From assembly GCA_964644695.1 (NCBI GenBank), contig CAZXWN010000004.1, positions 62,001-126,000 on the forward strand: a DNA stretch of 64,000 bases, read 5' to 3'. Both the position numbers and the translations under genes were made by a program. The notes under the pieces were generated by a model that was not told the origin of the DNA, did not search any database, and was given only the letters and a program-made list of their open reading frames with translations. Source of the stretch: an uncultured bacterium (GTDB taxonomy: Bacteria; UBP4; UBA4092). Of the stretch, positions 1 through 11,070 are shown in pieces (position 1 is the first letter of the stretch; each line of letters opens with the position of its first letter).

Positions 1-595
1 GAGGGTCATATATCACAAAATACTGTATGAATTGATCATTATATGAAGTCACAGGAACATAAATAAGCACATCATTCCACCGTCCACCATATATCTTCTG
101 TACTTCATCAGGAATAAAAATCTCGGGAATATACCTGGAAACATTGTACACATTATCTTTTTTTACATATTCAGTAAAAGGCACATCCCTCTCGTAAGAA
201 TCAAGATCGACAATGTTTTCTCGGAGTGAACTTAATCGATAGTCATCTATTTTTTGATATCGATACTTCCGTATTAATGAAATAAATTCTGTCGATTTCA
301 TAGAAAAAGAATAATAAATTATCCGGGTAATATGATCACTCTGCTTATCAGTTATGTTAGACACTTTGACAGCAGTTTTACACCTGCTCATCAGCAAATT
401 ATCGAGATTCTTTTCAACTTGAACAGAATCTGGTCTTGGTTTTATCAAATATTGATAACTGAAAAAACTTATAACAGTTGATATAAGCACTAAAATTAAG
501 TGATAGGTTATTTTGTTTTTATATATACCCGACAAGCGGCCAATCAGGTATAAATGAAACAACGAACCTATGAACAATGCAACGAATTTATACAT
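1..595 (-). CDS. Hypothetical membrane-anchored protein, 3' end runs off the window
   Basis: Read by hand: ATG at 595-593 behind GAGAGGG; open to base 1 (MYKFVALFIGSLFHLYLIGRLSG...YFVIYDP); two N-terminal hydrophobic stretches; AT-rich; absent from the ORF track because it has no stop in the window. Confidence 0.65.
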   Translation of the reverse strand, partial: MYKFVALFIGSLFHLYLIGRLSGIYKNKITYHLILVLISTVISFFSYQYLIKPRPDSVQVEKNLDNLLMSRCKTAVKVSNITDKQSDHITRIIYYSFSMKSTEFISLIRKYRYQKIDDYRLSSLRENIVDLDSYERDVPFTEYVKKDNVYNVSRYIPEIFIPDEVQKIYGGRWNDVLIYVPVTSYNDQFIQYFVIYDP

Positions 596-835
596 TTAAA
601 CCCTCTCATTTCGATCTGAACCAAATTCGTTGTATCAAAATTGATTTTCCCATCATATACCCTTCATTAAAGACCCAGTTCATCCACATCAATTAATACC
701 ATGAGGAGTTTTATTCAGTTGACACGGTCTACCTATCGTTCCACCCATATAATAGGCAAACAGAGTTATCGTAGTCAATCCCTCTGGGTAAAACTTAAAC
801 AATACTCAGAACATTAAACTTGTCTCGGGACTAAA

Positions 836-880
836 CGAAGAAGCTACGAAGCAGCTCCGAGCAGGTCCGTGGAAGGTTCG
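836..880. repeat. 45-bp palindromic intergenic repeat, copy 1
   Basis: cgaagaagctacgaagcagctccgagcaggtccgtggaaggttcg; aligns without gaps to four other copies. Confidence 0.85.
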
Positions 881-915
881 AAAATATCAAACCATATTTA
901 CAGGGGGGATAAAAG

Positions 916-950
916 AAAAAACGGTCAATCCCTGAGGGGATTGACCGTTT
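916..950 (-). terminator. Rho-independent terminator
   Basis: Perfect stem aaacggtcaatccc/gggattgaccgttt with a U-run on the minus strand, just after the 966-1211 gene. Confidence 0.85.
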
Positions 951-965
951 GAATAGTCAAATAAA

Positions 966-1211
966 TTACTGAGCGGTGGTATCAGCCGCTGGAGCAGGTT
1001 CTGCCGGGGCAGCACCTTCCGCCGGTGCGGGTTCAGCTGGAGCCGCTGGAGGCTGTTCACCAGCCGGTGGCATACCAGGGTTCATCATGGGGTCACCCAT
1101 TTCACCAGCCGGGGCCGGACTTCCCAGATACGGTTTCGCCATTTTGTAACCAAACCAAGCCGCAGCAGCAATAGCGACAATGGCTATGATTGCAGTTAAC
1201 GCTTTTTTCAT
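966..1211 (-). CDS. Small membrane-anchored Pro/Ala-rich protein
   Basis: MKKALTAIIAIVAIAAAAWFGY N-terminal TM or signal, PAAPAEPAPA low-complexity tail, GAGGAG RBS before ATG 1211, followed by a terminator. Confidence 0.75.
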   Translation of the reverse strand: MKKALTAIIAIVAIAAAAWFGYKMAKPYLGSPAPAGEMGDPMMNPGMPPAGEQPPAAPAEPAPAEGAAPAEPAPAADTTAQ

Positions 1212-1349
1212 TAAGAATCTCACTCCTCTCAAAAAACATTTATAGAGTTTATTTCTATCAATTCGATATTATGGTTAGCATACAATAACACCCCACTATA
1301 TGCAAGGAAGAATCCACATAAACCCTGATTTTTAGCAGGAAGCCCTTAT

Positions 1350-1769
1350 TTATAAGTGATTGAACATGGCAGAAAATACAAAGAAACATATGACAAAATT
1401 TACAAGAAAACATCCCGCGCCAACAATCAATCCCACCCAGCTGTGAATTTTCCCCCGAACCTCCGGATGACGATAAGCTGCCTGTAATCCCCTGATGCCT
1501 GTAATAATAGCAATCAGTCCGGTCACTAAACCTAAAACAGGGATAATGGACAGTATCCCGGCATAATAGGAAATTAATGCCTCTTTGTTTTTATACGGAA
1601 CGAGCTTGATAAACGTGTCATCGGGTGATGGCGAAGAACTGGGAGGAGTATCCTGGAGTAAATTACCACATTGGTCACAATACTTATAATAAACGGGATG
1701 CTTTTTCCCGCACCGGGTACAAAAGATTTCCACATTACTGTTTTGTGCCTGCTGATTATCTTCCATCAA
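1350..1769 (-). CDS. Zinc-ribbon plus DUF4190-like two-TM membrane protein
   Basis: CTRC...CDQC ribbon followed by ALISYYAGILS...GLIAIITGIRGL...RGKIHSWVGLIVG. Confidence 0.75.
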   Translation of the reverse strand: MMEDNQQAQNSNVEIFCTRCGKKHPVYYKYCDQCGNLLQDTPPSSSPSPDDTFIKLVPYKNKEALISYYAGILSIIPVLGLVTGLIAIITGIRGLQAAYRHPEVRGKIHSWVGLIVGAGCFLVNFVICFFVFSAMFNHL

Positions 1770-1955
1770 AATGACCCCTCACTTATTCTATATTACGAGA
1801 AATCAGATTCATTGAACACCCAATACCGGCTCTGTTCAACCCCCTCATTCTAAAGAATCCAAGTCCATGATGCAACTTGATTTATGCTTGACACCACCCC
1901 CTGTGAATGAGAAAATTCCCTTAGGGTAAGAGAGATCCTCATTTTGGAGGTGTCT

Positions 1956-2624
1956 ATGAAAAAGATATTGACCCTGTCTCGAGAACTGGGGAGCGGGGGA
2001 ATCGCTATTGTACAAAAACTGGCACAACGGCTGGACTGGAAGATTATAGATAAGGAAATCATCACCAGAGTGGCTGAAATGGCAGAGTGTACAGAAGGCG
2101 AAATTGCTCCTTTTGATCAGGAAGAATTCCATCGTATAAAAATGTTATTTAAGGATATCGCCAGCCCTACAACGGGGGGAGGATTGATGTTCCCATTTGC
2201 CGCCGGCGGATATATGGAACCTTACTGGATACCCACTGGCGTCAATGACCCCAAGATTATCGATGAATCCCGTTATCTGCAGCTGACAAAAGCCGTCATT
2301 GAAAATCTGGCGGAAAAAGGAAATGTCATTATTGTGGGAAGAGGAGGTTGTGTCCTGCTCAAAGATAATCCAGACACCCTTCATCTCCGAATCGTATGTC
2401 CCATTGATGCCCGAATCAAACGATTAAAAGAAGTCAGTAGTATTGATGATGCACAAGCCAGACAGACCCTGGAACGACGAGACAAGTCCAGCGCTGATTA
2501 TCTGAAGTATTTCTATCATGTGGACTGGAACAATCCCTATCTCTACAATTTGATTATCAATACCGGACGGGGTACTCTGAACGACGCAGAACAAATCATC
2601 TATCATGCGCTGATGGAAGATTAA
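1956..2624 (+). CDS. Cytidylate kinase-like family protein
   Basis: TLSRELGSGG P-loop variant, VIIVGRGG, YNLIINT; GGAGG RBS before ATG 1956. Confidence 0.85.
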   Translation: MKKILTLSRELGSGGIAIVQKLAQRLDWKIIDKEIITRVAEMAECTEGEIAPFDQEEFHRIKMLFKDIASPTTGGGLMFPFAAGGYMEPYWIPTGVNDPKIIDESRYLQLTKAVIENLAEKGNVIIVGRGGCVLLKDNPDTLHLRIVCPIDARIKRLKEVSSIDDAQARQTLERRDKSSADYLKYFYHVDWNNPYLYNLIINTGRGTLNDAEQIIYHALMED

Positions 2625-2642
2625 GGAATCCAAATCAGAATT

Positions 2643-2680
2643 AAAAAAGCCCGCTGACTCCGATGAATCAGCGGGCTTTT
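2643..2680. terminator. Bidirectional terminator
   Basis: aaaagcccgctga...tcagcgggctttt between convergent genes. Confidence 0.85.
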
Positions 2681-2693
2681 AATATGCTATTTA

Positions 2694-3344
2694 TTATCCA
2701 AGAGAATCCAGTAACTGTTCCGTAATATCATCAAGAGACTCAATCACAGCATCAGCTCGACTGAAATCCTGCATCCTGGTATATCTGTGGGGGAACGCGA
2801 TACACTTCATCCCTGCATCCTTGGCTGCGGCAAGCCCATAATAAGTGTCTTCCAGAGCAACACATTCACTTGGACTGACTCCCACCTTCCTGGCCGCCGC
2901 CAGATAAATCTCCGGGTCTGGTTTTCCAATACTGACTTCATCTCCACCGGTAATGTAATCAAACCGATCTCGGACTTTTAATAAATTCAAAACCAGTTCA
3001 ATGTCCTCACAGATAGACCCAGAGGCAACAGATTTCTTCACTCCATAACGATCCAAACGATTCAACAGTTCACTAAGCCCCGGCATCTCCACTCCATTTT
3101 TCCGAATCAGCCGGCCATAGGCCTCCGTCTTCTGGACAAAAAATTCCGGATACTCCAAGGGAAGGTGATAGACCTTCTTCATATACGCATAATCATCAGA
3201 CAATCTTCTTCCCACCAGAGGAATATATTCTTCTTCTGAGAGCTGAACGCCCCACTGGGAAAGGACTTCATTGATCGACATCATCTGGATAGGTTCACTG
3301 TCAATAATGACTCCATCCATATCAAACATAAAAGCTCGCAACAC
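2694..3344 (-). CDS. HAD-family phosphatase (beta-PGM/CbbY-like)
   Basis: FDMDGVIIDSE motif I, KPDPEIY, ALED motifs. Confidence 0.9.
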   Translation of the reverse strand: MLRAFMFDMDGVIIDSEPIQMMSINEVLSQWGVQLSEEEYIPLVGRRLSDDYAYMKKVYHLPLEYPEFFVQKTEAYGRLIRKNGVEMPGLSELLNRLDRYGVKKSVASGSICEDIELVLNLLKVRDRFDYITGGDEVSIGKPDPEIYLAAARKVGVSPSECVALEDTYYGLAAAKDAGMKCIAFPHRYTRMQDFSRADAVIESLDDITEQLLDSLG

Positions 3345-3468
3345 ATTTAACTCCTGATTTTACTTGTTTATTCAAATAATCCTAGCATGCGAAATATTTT
3401 ACCCATAGCCAAAAGACATCTGTCTTAGATAAGATTAATCATTAAAGATTGTTTGAGGAGTCCCTGCA

Positions 3469-3732
3469 GTGTCCTTTTTGATTCTAGTCATTTTTGGCAA
3501 GGCCATTCAAATCTACAGCCTGGTTTTACTGGTTCGGATAGTCATGTCTTTCATCAATCCCGATCCCTGGAACCCCGTTGTACGCTTCATTTACAGGATC
3601 ACGGACCCTGCTCTGGAATTCATCAATCAGTTTATTCCCTGCCGTATTGGAATGATTGATTTCTCTCCAATGGTCCTTATGCTTCTGTTAAATTTGATTT
3701 ATAAAGTTCTTTTTAATTTACTGACTCGTTAA
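3469..3732 (+). CDS. yggT: YggT family membrane protein
   Basis: VRIVMSF.NPDPWNPVVRFIYRITDP...IDFSPMV signature. Confidence 0.85.
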   Translation: MSFLILVIFGKAIQIYSLVLLVRIVMSFINPDPWNPVVRFIYRITDPALEFINQFIPCRIGMIDFSPMVLMLLLNLIYKVLFNLLTR

Positions 3733-4065
3733 TCAGAGTTCCTGAAACACTATATTTCATGCCTGTTTCACCTGTTCACAAATCACACATCTCATCACTT
3801 TGAGTTTTCTGTTCTCTCTCTTTTCATCAAAGAAGGACTCTATTTTCTGACTCCACATCCGGAATGAAGTCTCTTTTGAAAAAAATATTTTAAAATATTT
3901 TTTCATGCACTCATTTCATCACATCAAAAATACGAAACGCTGGAAAGTGCATGAATGCTGATTATTTTCGATACGTTTAAAACACCTTGACGAAACTCTA
4001 TCGCAACCTGCGTTATAAACACCCTGCACATGACGGTTTTTTTTTAATTATTTGATTAACACCTC

Positions 4066-4093
4066 TTGACACGTCTTTGAATAATGTTATTAT
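4066..4093 (+). promoter_or_regulatory. Sigma70-type promoter of the histone H1-like gene
   Basis: TTGACA (4066-71), 16-nt spacer, TGnTATTAT extended -10 (4085-93); SD AAAGGAGGTGA downstream. Confidence 0.6.
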
Positions 4094-4120
4094 TGGATTT
4101 AATAAAGGAGGTGATTCGCT

Positions 4121-4390
4121 TTGGCTGGTGAAAAAAAAGAAATCAAAAAAGCAGTGAAACCCGCAGTGAAAAAAGCTGCCGTGAAACCTGCTCCTAAGAA
4201 AAAAGCCGCCGCTAAACCGGCAGCTAAACCCGCAGCAAAAAAAGCTGTTGCTAAACCGGCAGTAAAGAAGGCCGTCGCTAAACCGGCAGCTAAGAAAAAA
4301 GCCGCTCCGAAGGCAGCTCCAAAAGCCGCTCCGAAAAAAGCTGTTGCAAAAAAACCGGTAGCCGCTAAGAAACCCGCTGCGAAAAAGTAA
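4121..4390 (+). CDS. Histone H1-like Lys/Ala/Pro-rich nucleoid protein
   Basis: 89 aa almost entirely AAKPAAKK/AVKK/APKK repeats; perfect SD before a TTG start; own promoter and terminator. Confidence 0.85.
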   Translation: MAGEKKEIKKAVKPAVKKAAVKPAPKKKAAAKPAAKPAAKKAVAKPAVKKAVAKPAAKKKAAPKAAPKAAPKKAVAKKPVAAKKPAAKK

Positions 4391-4422
4391 GTTTATAAAA
4401 GTTCTTGCCACTTTAGTGCAAG

Positions 4423-4456
4423 ACCGTCCCACCCATCAATTGGGACGGTTTTTTTT
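4423..4456 (+). terminator. Rho-independent terminator
   Basis: accgtccca/tgggacggt stem plus T-run. Confidence 0.85.
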
Positions 4457-4549
4457 CCCCCAAATTTCCCACCCTCTTTATAAATCAAAACAAAAAACTG
4501 TTTTCAGCATGGCTACTGAAAACAGCTCTAACAACGATCTATTTAATTT

Positions 4550-5407
4550 TTATATATTGGCGATGGGAGATTCAGACGATTTCATTGCGGTACTGTTCAC
4601 ATTGATTCCATCCATCATATCCGATTCGTTCAAATCGGATGTCATCACATATACCAACCCATTTTTTTCCCAGGCCACCAGGTTGTAGTTGTTCACTTGC
4701 GCCCGATAGTAAGCGCCTTTTTGCTGAACCGGTAAGTCTACATCTTTTATGGAGGCTACCTCAAGTGATACAAAATGTCCCTTATGCTTAAACGCAAAAT
4801 AGACACTTGGTTTATCTTTTAAATGACAGAACCGACAACCATAGATTTCATTTTTCATCGTATCGATAGAAGGCATTGCTAACGCAAAATCCCGCTTATT
4901 GGACATATTAACTTTCTGGACAATGGCGGTCATGTCACCTTCCACATAATCAAACCCAGCCATGGGATGTGTATTTTGCTGATGACATTGAACAGCCGCC
5001 TCAGTCAACCATTGCTCTGATGTCGCAGAGGCAGGCCGCAACAAAGGAACAGCGACGACCAGACATAAAACAAACACAAACACTCCCGCCAGGACATAGG
5101 CTGGCATAGGCTGTTGAGAAAACCATGATTTTAATCTCTCCAATAAGGAGACTTTCTCACCCGCCAAATTTTGCCGGGCAGCTTCCTCTGCCAAGGTGGT
5201 GGAGATTCTTTGTTTTAAGACATCCGGTACAGGTTGGGGTTTAACTTTGGCTTTGAGCAAACTCCGGAAGTATTTTTCTCGTTCCAGATGAGTCTGGCAG
5301 GACTGACAGTGTTCCAGATGTTGCGTGACCGAATGATGTTCTTCAGAATCCAGTTCATTATCCATCCAGGCACTCATCAGATCTGCAATGTCATCACATT
5401 TCATCAA
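4550..5407 (-). CDS. Transmembrane zinc-binding anti-sigma factor (zf-HC2)
   Basis: HLEHCQSC (HxxxCxxC), single TM, extracytoplasmic C-terminal domain; directly downstream of an ECF sigma. Confidence 0.85.
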   Translation of the reverse strand: MMKCDDIADLMSAWMDNELDSEEHHSVTQHLEHCQSCQTHLEREKYFRSLLKAKVKPQPVPDVLKQRISTTLAEEAARQNLAGEKVSLLERLKSWFSQQPMPAYVLAGVFVFVLCLVVAVPLLRPASATSEQWLTEAAVQCHQQNTHPMAGFDYVEGDMTAIVQKVNMSNKRDFALAMPSIDTMKNEIYGCRFCHLKDKPSVYFAFKHKGHFVSLEVASIKDVDLPVQQKGAYYRAQVNNYNLVAWEKNGLVYVMTSDLNESDMMDGINVNSTAMKSSESPIANI

Positions 5408-5465
5408 TCATTTACCTCAGTCAAAATAAAATAGGGACAAAACCTTCATAATCCCTTACTATCCA

Positions 5466-6083
5466 TTAATCTTTGACATAACCTTCTTGCTTTGCATACT
5501 CCCACAGTATTTCCTGAAGCATTCTCCTGCCCCTTGAAATCCGAGAACGCACGGTTCCCGTCGGACAATCCATTATTTCTGCAATTTCTTGATAGGACAA
5601 ATCATTTAAGTCGCATAAAACAACCGCTGTTTTAAATTCTTCTGGCAACTGGTCTAATGCTTGTGTTACTTCATCCCCAAGCATCTTTCCAAAAACATCA
5701 TTTTCGACTTCTTTCATCATCTGTGCCGAATTATTCTTGGCCAGCCTCTCATAATAAGGTTCTATGATGTCATATCCGACCTTTACAGGTTCACTCACCT
5801 TTTTACGATACTGATTTATAAATGTGTTCCTGAGAATTTTTAACAACCAGGCTCTAAGATTAGTTCCCTGCTCAAATTGATAATAAAAACGGTACGCTCT
5901 CAAAACAGTGTCTTGCACAAGATCTGCGGCATCATCAGGATTACGGGTAAACCGCAGAGCCATATTAAACATGAGACCTGTGTGCGGGGCTATGGCTGTT
6001 TCAAACTCTTTATGGGCAATAGAGTTTCCTGCACCCTGTACGGGTGGCTGTACCGTTTGTGTTGACGTCCCGATAGTTTCCAT
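5466..6083 (-). CDS. ECF RNA polymerase sigma factor (SigR/SigH-like)
   Basis: DAADLVQDT...[22 protein letters not shown] (region 2) and [25 protein letters not shown] (region 4); start uncertain (6083 or 6170). Confidence 0.92.
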   Translation of the reverse strand: METIGTSTQTVQPPVQGAGNSIAHKEFETAIAPHTGLMFNMALRFTRNPDDAADLVQDTVLRAYRFYYQFEQGTNLRAWLLKILRNTFINQYRKKVSEPVKVGYDIIEPYYERLAKNNSAQMMKEVENDVFGKMLGDEVTQALDQLPEEFKTAVVLCDLNDLSYQEIAEIMDCPTGTVRSRISRGRRMLQEILWEYAKQEGYVKD

Positions 6084-6258
6084 AAACGCCTCGCAATCTA
6101 CGATATAAGGACCTGTTTTTTCATTGTAGCCTATTATATATGGAATAACAAACCACTTAATCCATGACATCTCTAAGGACCGTTACTTGCGGAAAATCTC
6201 TAGCTGAACTAAGATAAATTACTTATAATCCATTGGTTTATCTGAGGAGATTTATCCT

Positions 6259-6780
6259 ATGTCCAAAAAAATGGATAACGAACGATATCATGTGGTCAGC
6301 GCTTTAGTTGAGAACCATCCAGGTGTCCTGGCTCGCATTGCCGGCCTTTTTTCCGCTCGGGGATTTAATATTGACAGTCTGACTGTCGGTATTACCGAAG
6401 ACCCTACCGTTTCTCGGATGACCATTGTGGTTCGTGGTGATGATGCTATTCTGGAACAGGTGACTAAACAACTGGATCGGTTACCCGTCACTATTGAAGT
6501 AAGAGATTTTGTCGGTCAGGACTTTGTTGACCGTGAACTCCTGCTAGTTAAAGTAGGCACTACCAGCAAAACACGGCCTGAAGTCCTGCAAATGAGTGAA
6601 GCATTTCGCGCTCATATCGTGGATGTCAGTCATCAGAGTTTGACTTTAGAGTTAACCGGCGGACTTAGCAAAATAAAAGCGTTCCTGGACATCTTAAGAC
6701 CTTTTGGAATTCAGGAAATTGCTCGGACAGGGCTGGTCGCCATGGCTCGCGGTCCTTTGAAAAAAACCGGTGACAGTTAA
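6259..6780 (+). CDS. ilvN: Acetolactate synthase small regulatory subunit
   Basis: LVENHPGVLARIAGLFSARGFNIDSLTVG ACT domain; EIARTG. Confidence 0.95.
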   Translation: MSKKMDNERYHVVSALVENHPGVLARIAGLFSARGFNIDSLTVGITEDPTVSRMTIVVRGDDAILEQVTKQLDRLPVTIEVRDFVGQDFVDRELLLVKVGTTSKTRPEVLQMSEAFRAHIVDVSHQSLTLELTGGLSKIKAFLDILRPFGIQEIARTGLVAMARGPLKKTGDS

Positions 6781-6868
6781 TCCCTGCTGACACCCCAATA
6801 CCTTGAACTATCCAGAAAATTGGCTTATTCTTAATTAATTCCACAGCCACTTTTCTTAGTGACTTTAA

Positions 6869-7891
<1,023 letters not shown>

Positions 7892-7920
7892 GTTATAACT
7901 CTTTGTAACTTAATATATAA

Positions 7921-7957
7921 AACAAAAGGGATTCGGTTTTACCGAGTCCCTTTTGTT
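7921..7957. terminator. Terminator after ilvC
   Basis: aacaaaaggga.tcggt...accga.tcccttttgtt hairpin. Confidence 0.85.
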
Positions 7958-8254
7958 ATTAAAAGAATGCATACCCTACATTTTTGTATCGTTTGCAATG
8001 ATTTTTATTTATTATTCATAATCCCACATAAAAGTATTGCCTATTAGACGTTTTTAGTTTATCCTGTTATGCTATAAGAAAGTAGTAATCCCAAGGTTGA
8101 CAATAACCGAGGGGATATAAGATAAGACTAATGGAAGCGTAAAACTGAAAGATCTGAAGTTGAATAATGGAAGATTGCAAAACAAAACGAACACAGGAAT
8201 TCAAGCTAGTAATATGAAAACGCTGTCCTCAGCTAAAAAATTTGAATTTGGATA

Positions 8255-8446
8255 CTATGGACTTTTTTCCTCGTACCAGACGGATATGAATATATATACC
8301 GAATCCATATACGCCGTCATATTTTGCTGGATATACTTAACTTCGACATTGTCATGCTTAGCAAGCCAACTGTTTAGAAGCTCCAGCAAATTCCAAATTT
8401 GGGTTTTTTCACCTACAGCTGCGGTGGCAAAGAAATGCACTTTCAT
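8255..8446 (-). CDS. Small protein, possibly Cse60/DUF2758-like
   Basis: 63 aa MKVHFF...LELLNSWLAKHDNVEVKYIQQ...FISVWYEE pattern; GAGG upstream of ATG 8446. Confidence 0.55.
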   Translation of the reverse strand: MKVHFFATAAVGEKTQIWNLLELLNSWLAKHDNVEVKYIQQNMTAYMDSVYIFISVWYEEKSP

Positions 8447-8665
8447 AAGCGAGCCCTCACTCCCTGTGACAGTTTCGTTCGAAAAATGCCATGGGCTTAT
8501 GATAGCCCAAGCAACAAACTTATGCAACCTCCCCAATTATCCCCCTGAATCCCGATATTTTCATGGGCTGAAAACAGGTCTTTTCCATCTTATCTAATGT
8601 TCCCTCCGTTGAAGCGTCAGGTTTGATTTTTTAAACCCGGCGATTATATAAAAGGAGGAATTGTT

Positions 8666-10237
8666 ATGGATCCCGTAACAATTGGTATTATCGTAGTATC
8701 TATCGTTGTCGTTGTGGCAGCTCTGGTTGTTGGACTCTATTATTTCAAAAAGATGAATGCCGACACCCAGATCAAGTCAGCTCAAGACGAAGCCGAAAGA
8801 ATCCTGCAAAAAGCTCGGGAAGAAGGCAAAGTTGCAAAACAACAGGCAATTCTCGAAGGCAAGGAAGAACTCCTCAAGGAGAAATCCAAGTTTGAACGTG
8901 ACATAAATGAACGCATGGGGAAAATCAACGGGTTAGAAAGACGCGCTGCCGATAAGGAAAGCTCAGTAACCCGAAAACTGGAACAAGTAGAGAAAAAAGA
9001 TAAAGAACTGACTGATAGAGAGAAAGAGTTATCCAAAAAAGAACAACGTATTGTTGAAAAAGAAACCCGACTAAACGTCCTTCTGGATGAGCAGAAAGAA
9101 AAATTACAGCAAATATCTGGAATGACCGCTGACCAGGCAAAAAAGGAACTTTTAGTAGCCCTTGAAGATGAGTTAAAAGCCGAAAGTGCCATGCTGGTCC
9201 GCAATATGGAAGTTGAAGCAAAAGATATTGCTGAACGGAAAGCCCGGCATGTAGTATTAACTGCCATTCAACGATGTGCTTCAGAACATACTTCAGAAGT
9301 TTCTGTCTCAAGTGTCCAACTTCCTTCCGAAGAAGTCAAAGGAAAGATTATTGGTCGTGAAGGCCGAAACATTCGAGCTCTGGAAGCCGCCACCGGGGTT
9401 ACTTTTATTATTGATGACACTCCGGAAACCATTGTTATTTCAGGTTTTGATCCACTGAGGAGAGAAATCGCCCGGGTATCCCTGGAACGGTTGCTGGCAG
9501 ATGGACGTGTTCACCCGGCCCGTATTGAAGAAGTTGTCTCTAAAACCCGCAAAGAACTCATTGAATTTGTCCGTGAGGCTGGAAAGCAAGCAGCTATGGA
9601 TGTGGGTGTTCATGGACTTCATCCGGAATTGGCAACCATCCTGGGTCGACTCCATTTCCGTACAAGCTTTGGTCAGAATGTGCTTAATCACGCCAAGGAA
9701 GTTGCCTGGATTGCTGAAAGCCTGGCGTCCGAGTTGGGATTTGATACTCATTTAGTCAAACGCGCCGCTTTACTTCACGATGTCGGTAAGGCTGTTGACC
9801 ATGAAATTGAAGGTCCACATGCTCTAATTGGTGCCGAATTAGCCCGTAAATACAGAGAACGCCCGGAAGTCGTAGCCGCTATCGGAGGCCACCACGGGGA
9901 AGTCCATGATCAGAGTATAGAAGCCATCATTGTACAGGCGGCTGATGCAATTTCTGGCGCCCGACCGGGGGCACGGCGTGATTCCATTGAAGGTTATATC
10001 AAGCGTCTGGAAAAACTGGAAGAGATTGCGGATTCGTTCCCCGGAGTTTCAAAAGCCTTTGCACTCCAAGCTGGCCGTGAACTTCGAGTTATAGTAGAAC
10101 CTGATGACATTGATGATAATGGCGCATTGTTATTGGCCAGAAATATTGCCAAGCGCATTGAAAGTGAAGTGAAATATCCTGGCATGATTAAGGTAGCAGT
10201 GGTTCGTGAAACCCGTGCCATCGAATATGCAATGTAA
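8666..10237 (+). CDS. rny: Ribonuclease Y
   Basis: N-terminal TM, coiled coil, KH domain (KGKIIGREGRNIR), HD domain (LLHDVGK). Confidence 0.97.
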   Translation: MDPVTIGIIVVSIVVVVAALVVGLYYFKKMNADTQIKSAQDEAERILQKAREEGKVAKQQAILEGKEELLKEKSKFERDINERMGKINGLERRAADKESSVTRKLEQVEKKDKELTDREKELSKKEQRIVEKETRLNVLLDEQKEKLQQISGMTADQAKKELLVALEDELKAESAMLVRNMEVEAKDIAERKARHVVLTAIQRCASEHTSEVSVSSVQLPSEEVKGKIIGREGRNIRALEAATGVTFIIDDTPETIVISGFDPLRREIARVSLERLLADGRVHPARIEEVVSKTRKELIEFVREAGKQAAMDVGVHGLHPELATILGRLHFRTSFGQNVLNHAKEVAWIAESLASELGFDTHLVKRAALLHDVGKAVDHEIEGPHALIGAELARKYRERPEVVAAIGGHHGEVHDQSIEAIIVQAADAISGARPGARRDSIEGYIKRLEKLEEIADSFPGVSKAFALQAGRELRVIVEPDDIDDNGALLLARNIAKRIESEVKYPGMIKVAVVRETRAIEYAM

Positions 10238-10254
10238 GTGACCCAGAGGTTTTA

Positions 10255-11043
10255 ATGCGGATATTATTTGTTGGAGATATATTTGGACGTCCTGGCAGGA
10301 GAGCTGTAGAAAAGTTTGTACCAGCTCTCCGAAAGGAATATGGTGTTGATTTCTGTATAGCTAATGCAGAAAACTCAGCTTCGGGAAAAGGTCTGACCCA
10401 GGAGATTGCGCATCAGTTACATTCCTGGGGAATTGATGTTCTGACGGGTGGAAATCACACATTCCACAACCGTGATGTTTTGGCACTGCTAGAGTCCGAT
10501 AATCGCGTTTTACGCCCAATAAACTATCCCGAAGGGGTTCCAGGCCAGGGATGGGGAATTTACAAGCCAGAATCGAAAAACATCAATATAGGCGTCATTT
10601 CCTCAATGGGTCGTGTATTCCTCCGAGAATTAGACAATCCTTTTCACGTCGTTCAAAAAAAGGCTGAAGAACTGTCAGGATCATGCCGTATTATTCTGGT
10701 TGATTTTCATGCAGAAGCCACCTCAGAGAAAATAGCCATGGGATGGCACCTGGATGGACTGGTTAGTGCCGTAATTGGGACTCACACCCACATTCCCACG
10801 GCAGATGAAAGAATCCTCCCCAACGGAACGGCTTATATTACAGATAGCGGGATGACAGGGCCCTATGACTCAGTGATAGGGGTTCGCAAAGATGTCATCC
10901 TAAATATGTTTTTAACCCAAATGCCCGTCAAACATGAAGTAGCTACCGGCCATATTCAGCTCCATTCAGTATTGATTGAAGTAGACGAGTTAACAGGTAA
11001 GGCTACCCATATTGAAAGAATCCGACGGGATTTGGGTGATTAA
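10255..11043 (+). CDS. ymdB: YmdB-type metallophosphoesterase
   Basis: ILFVGDIFGRPGR, ANAENS, DFHAEATSEK, GTHTH, GMTGPYDSVIG; conserved position after rny. Confidence 0.93.
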   Translation: MRILFVGDIFGRPGRRAVEKFVPALRKEYGVDFCIANAENSASGKGLTQEIAHQLHSWGIDVLTGGNHTFHNRDVLALLESDNRVLRPINYPEGVPGQGWGIYKPESKNINIGVISSMGRVFLRELDNPFHVVQKKAEELSGSCRIILVDFHAEATSEKIAMGWHLDGLVSAVIGTHTHIPTADERILPNGTAYITDSGMTGPYDSVIGVRKDVILNMFLTQMPVKHEVATGHIQLHSVLIEVDELTGKATHIERIRRDLGD

Positions 11044-11070
11044 CACCATCTTTCGGGTATAATCAATTTC

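Noticed and set aside
4013-4432. 139-aa minus-strand ORF
   Set aside because: Shadow of the repetitive histone H1-like gene
8160-8597. 145-aa plus-strand ORF
   Set aside because: Antisense to the more protein-like 63-aa ORF; no RBS or motif
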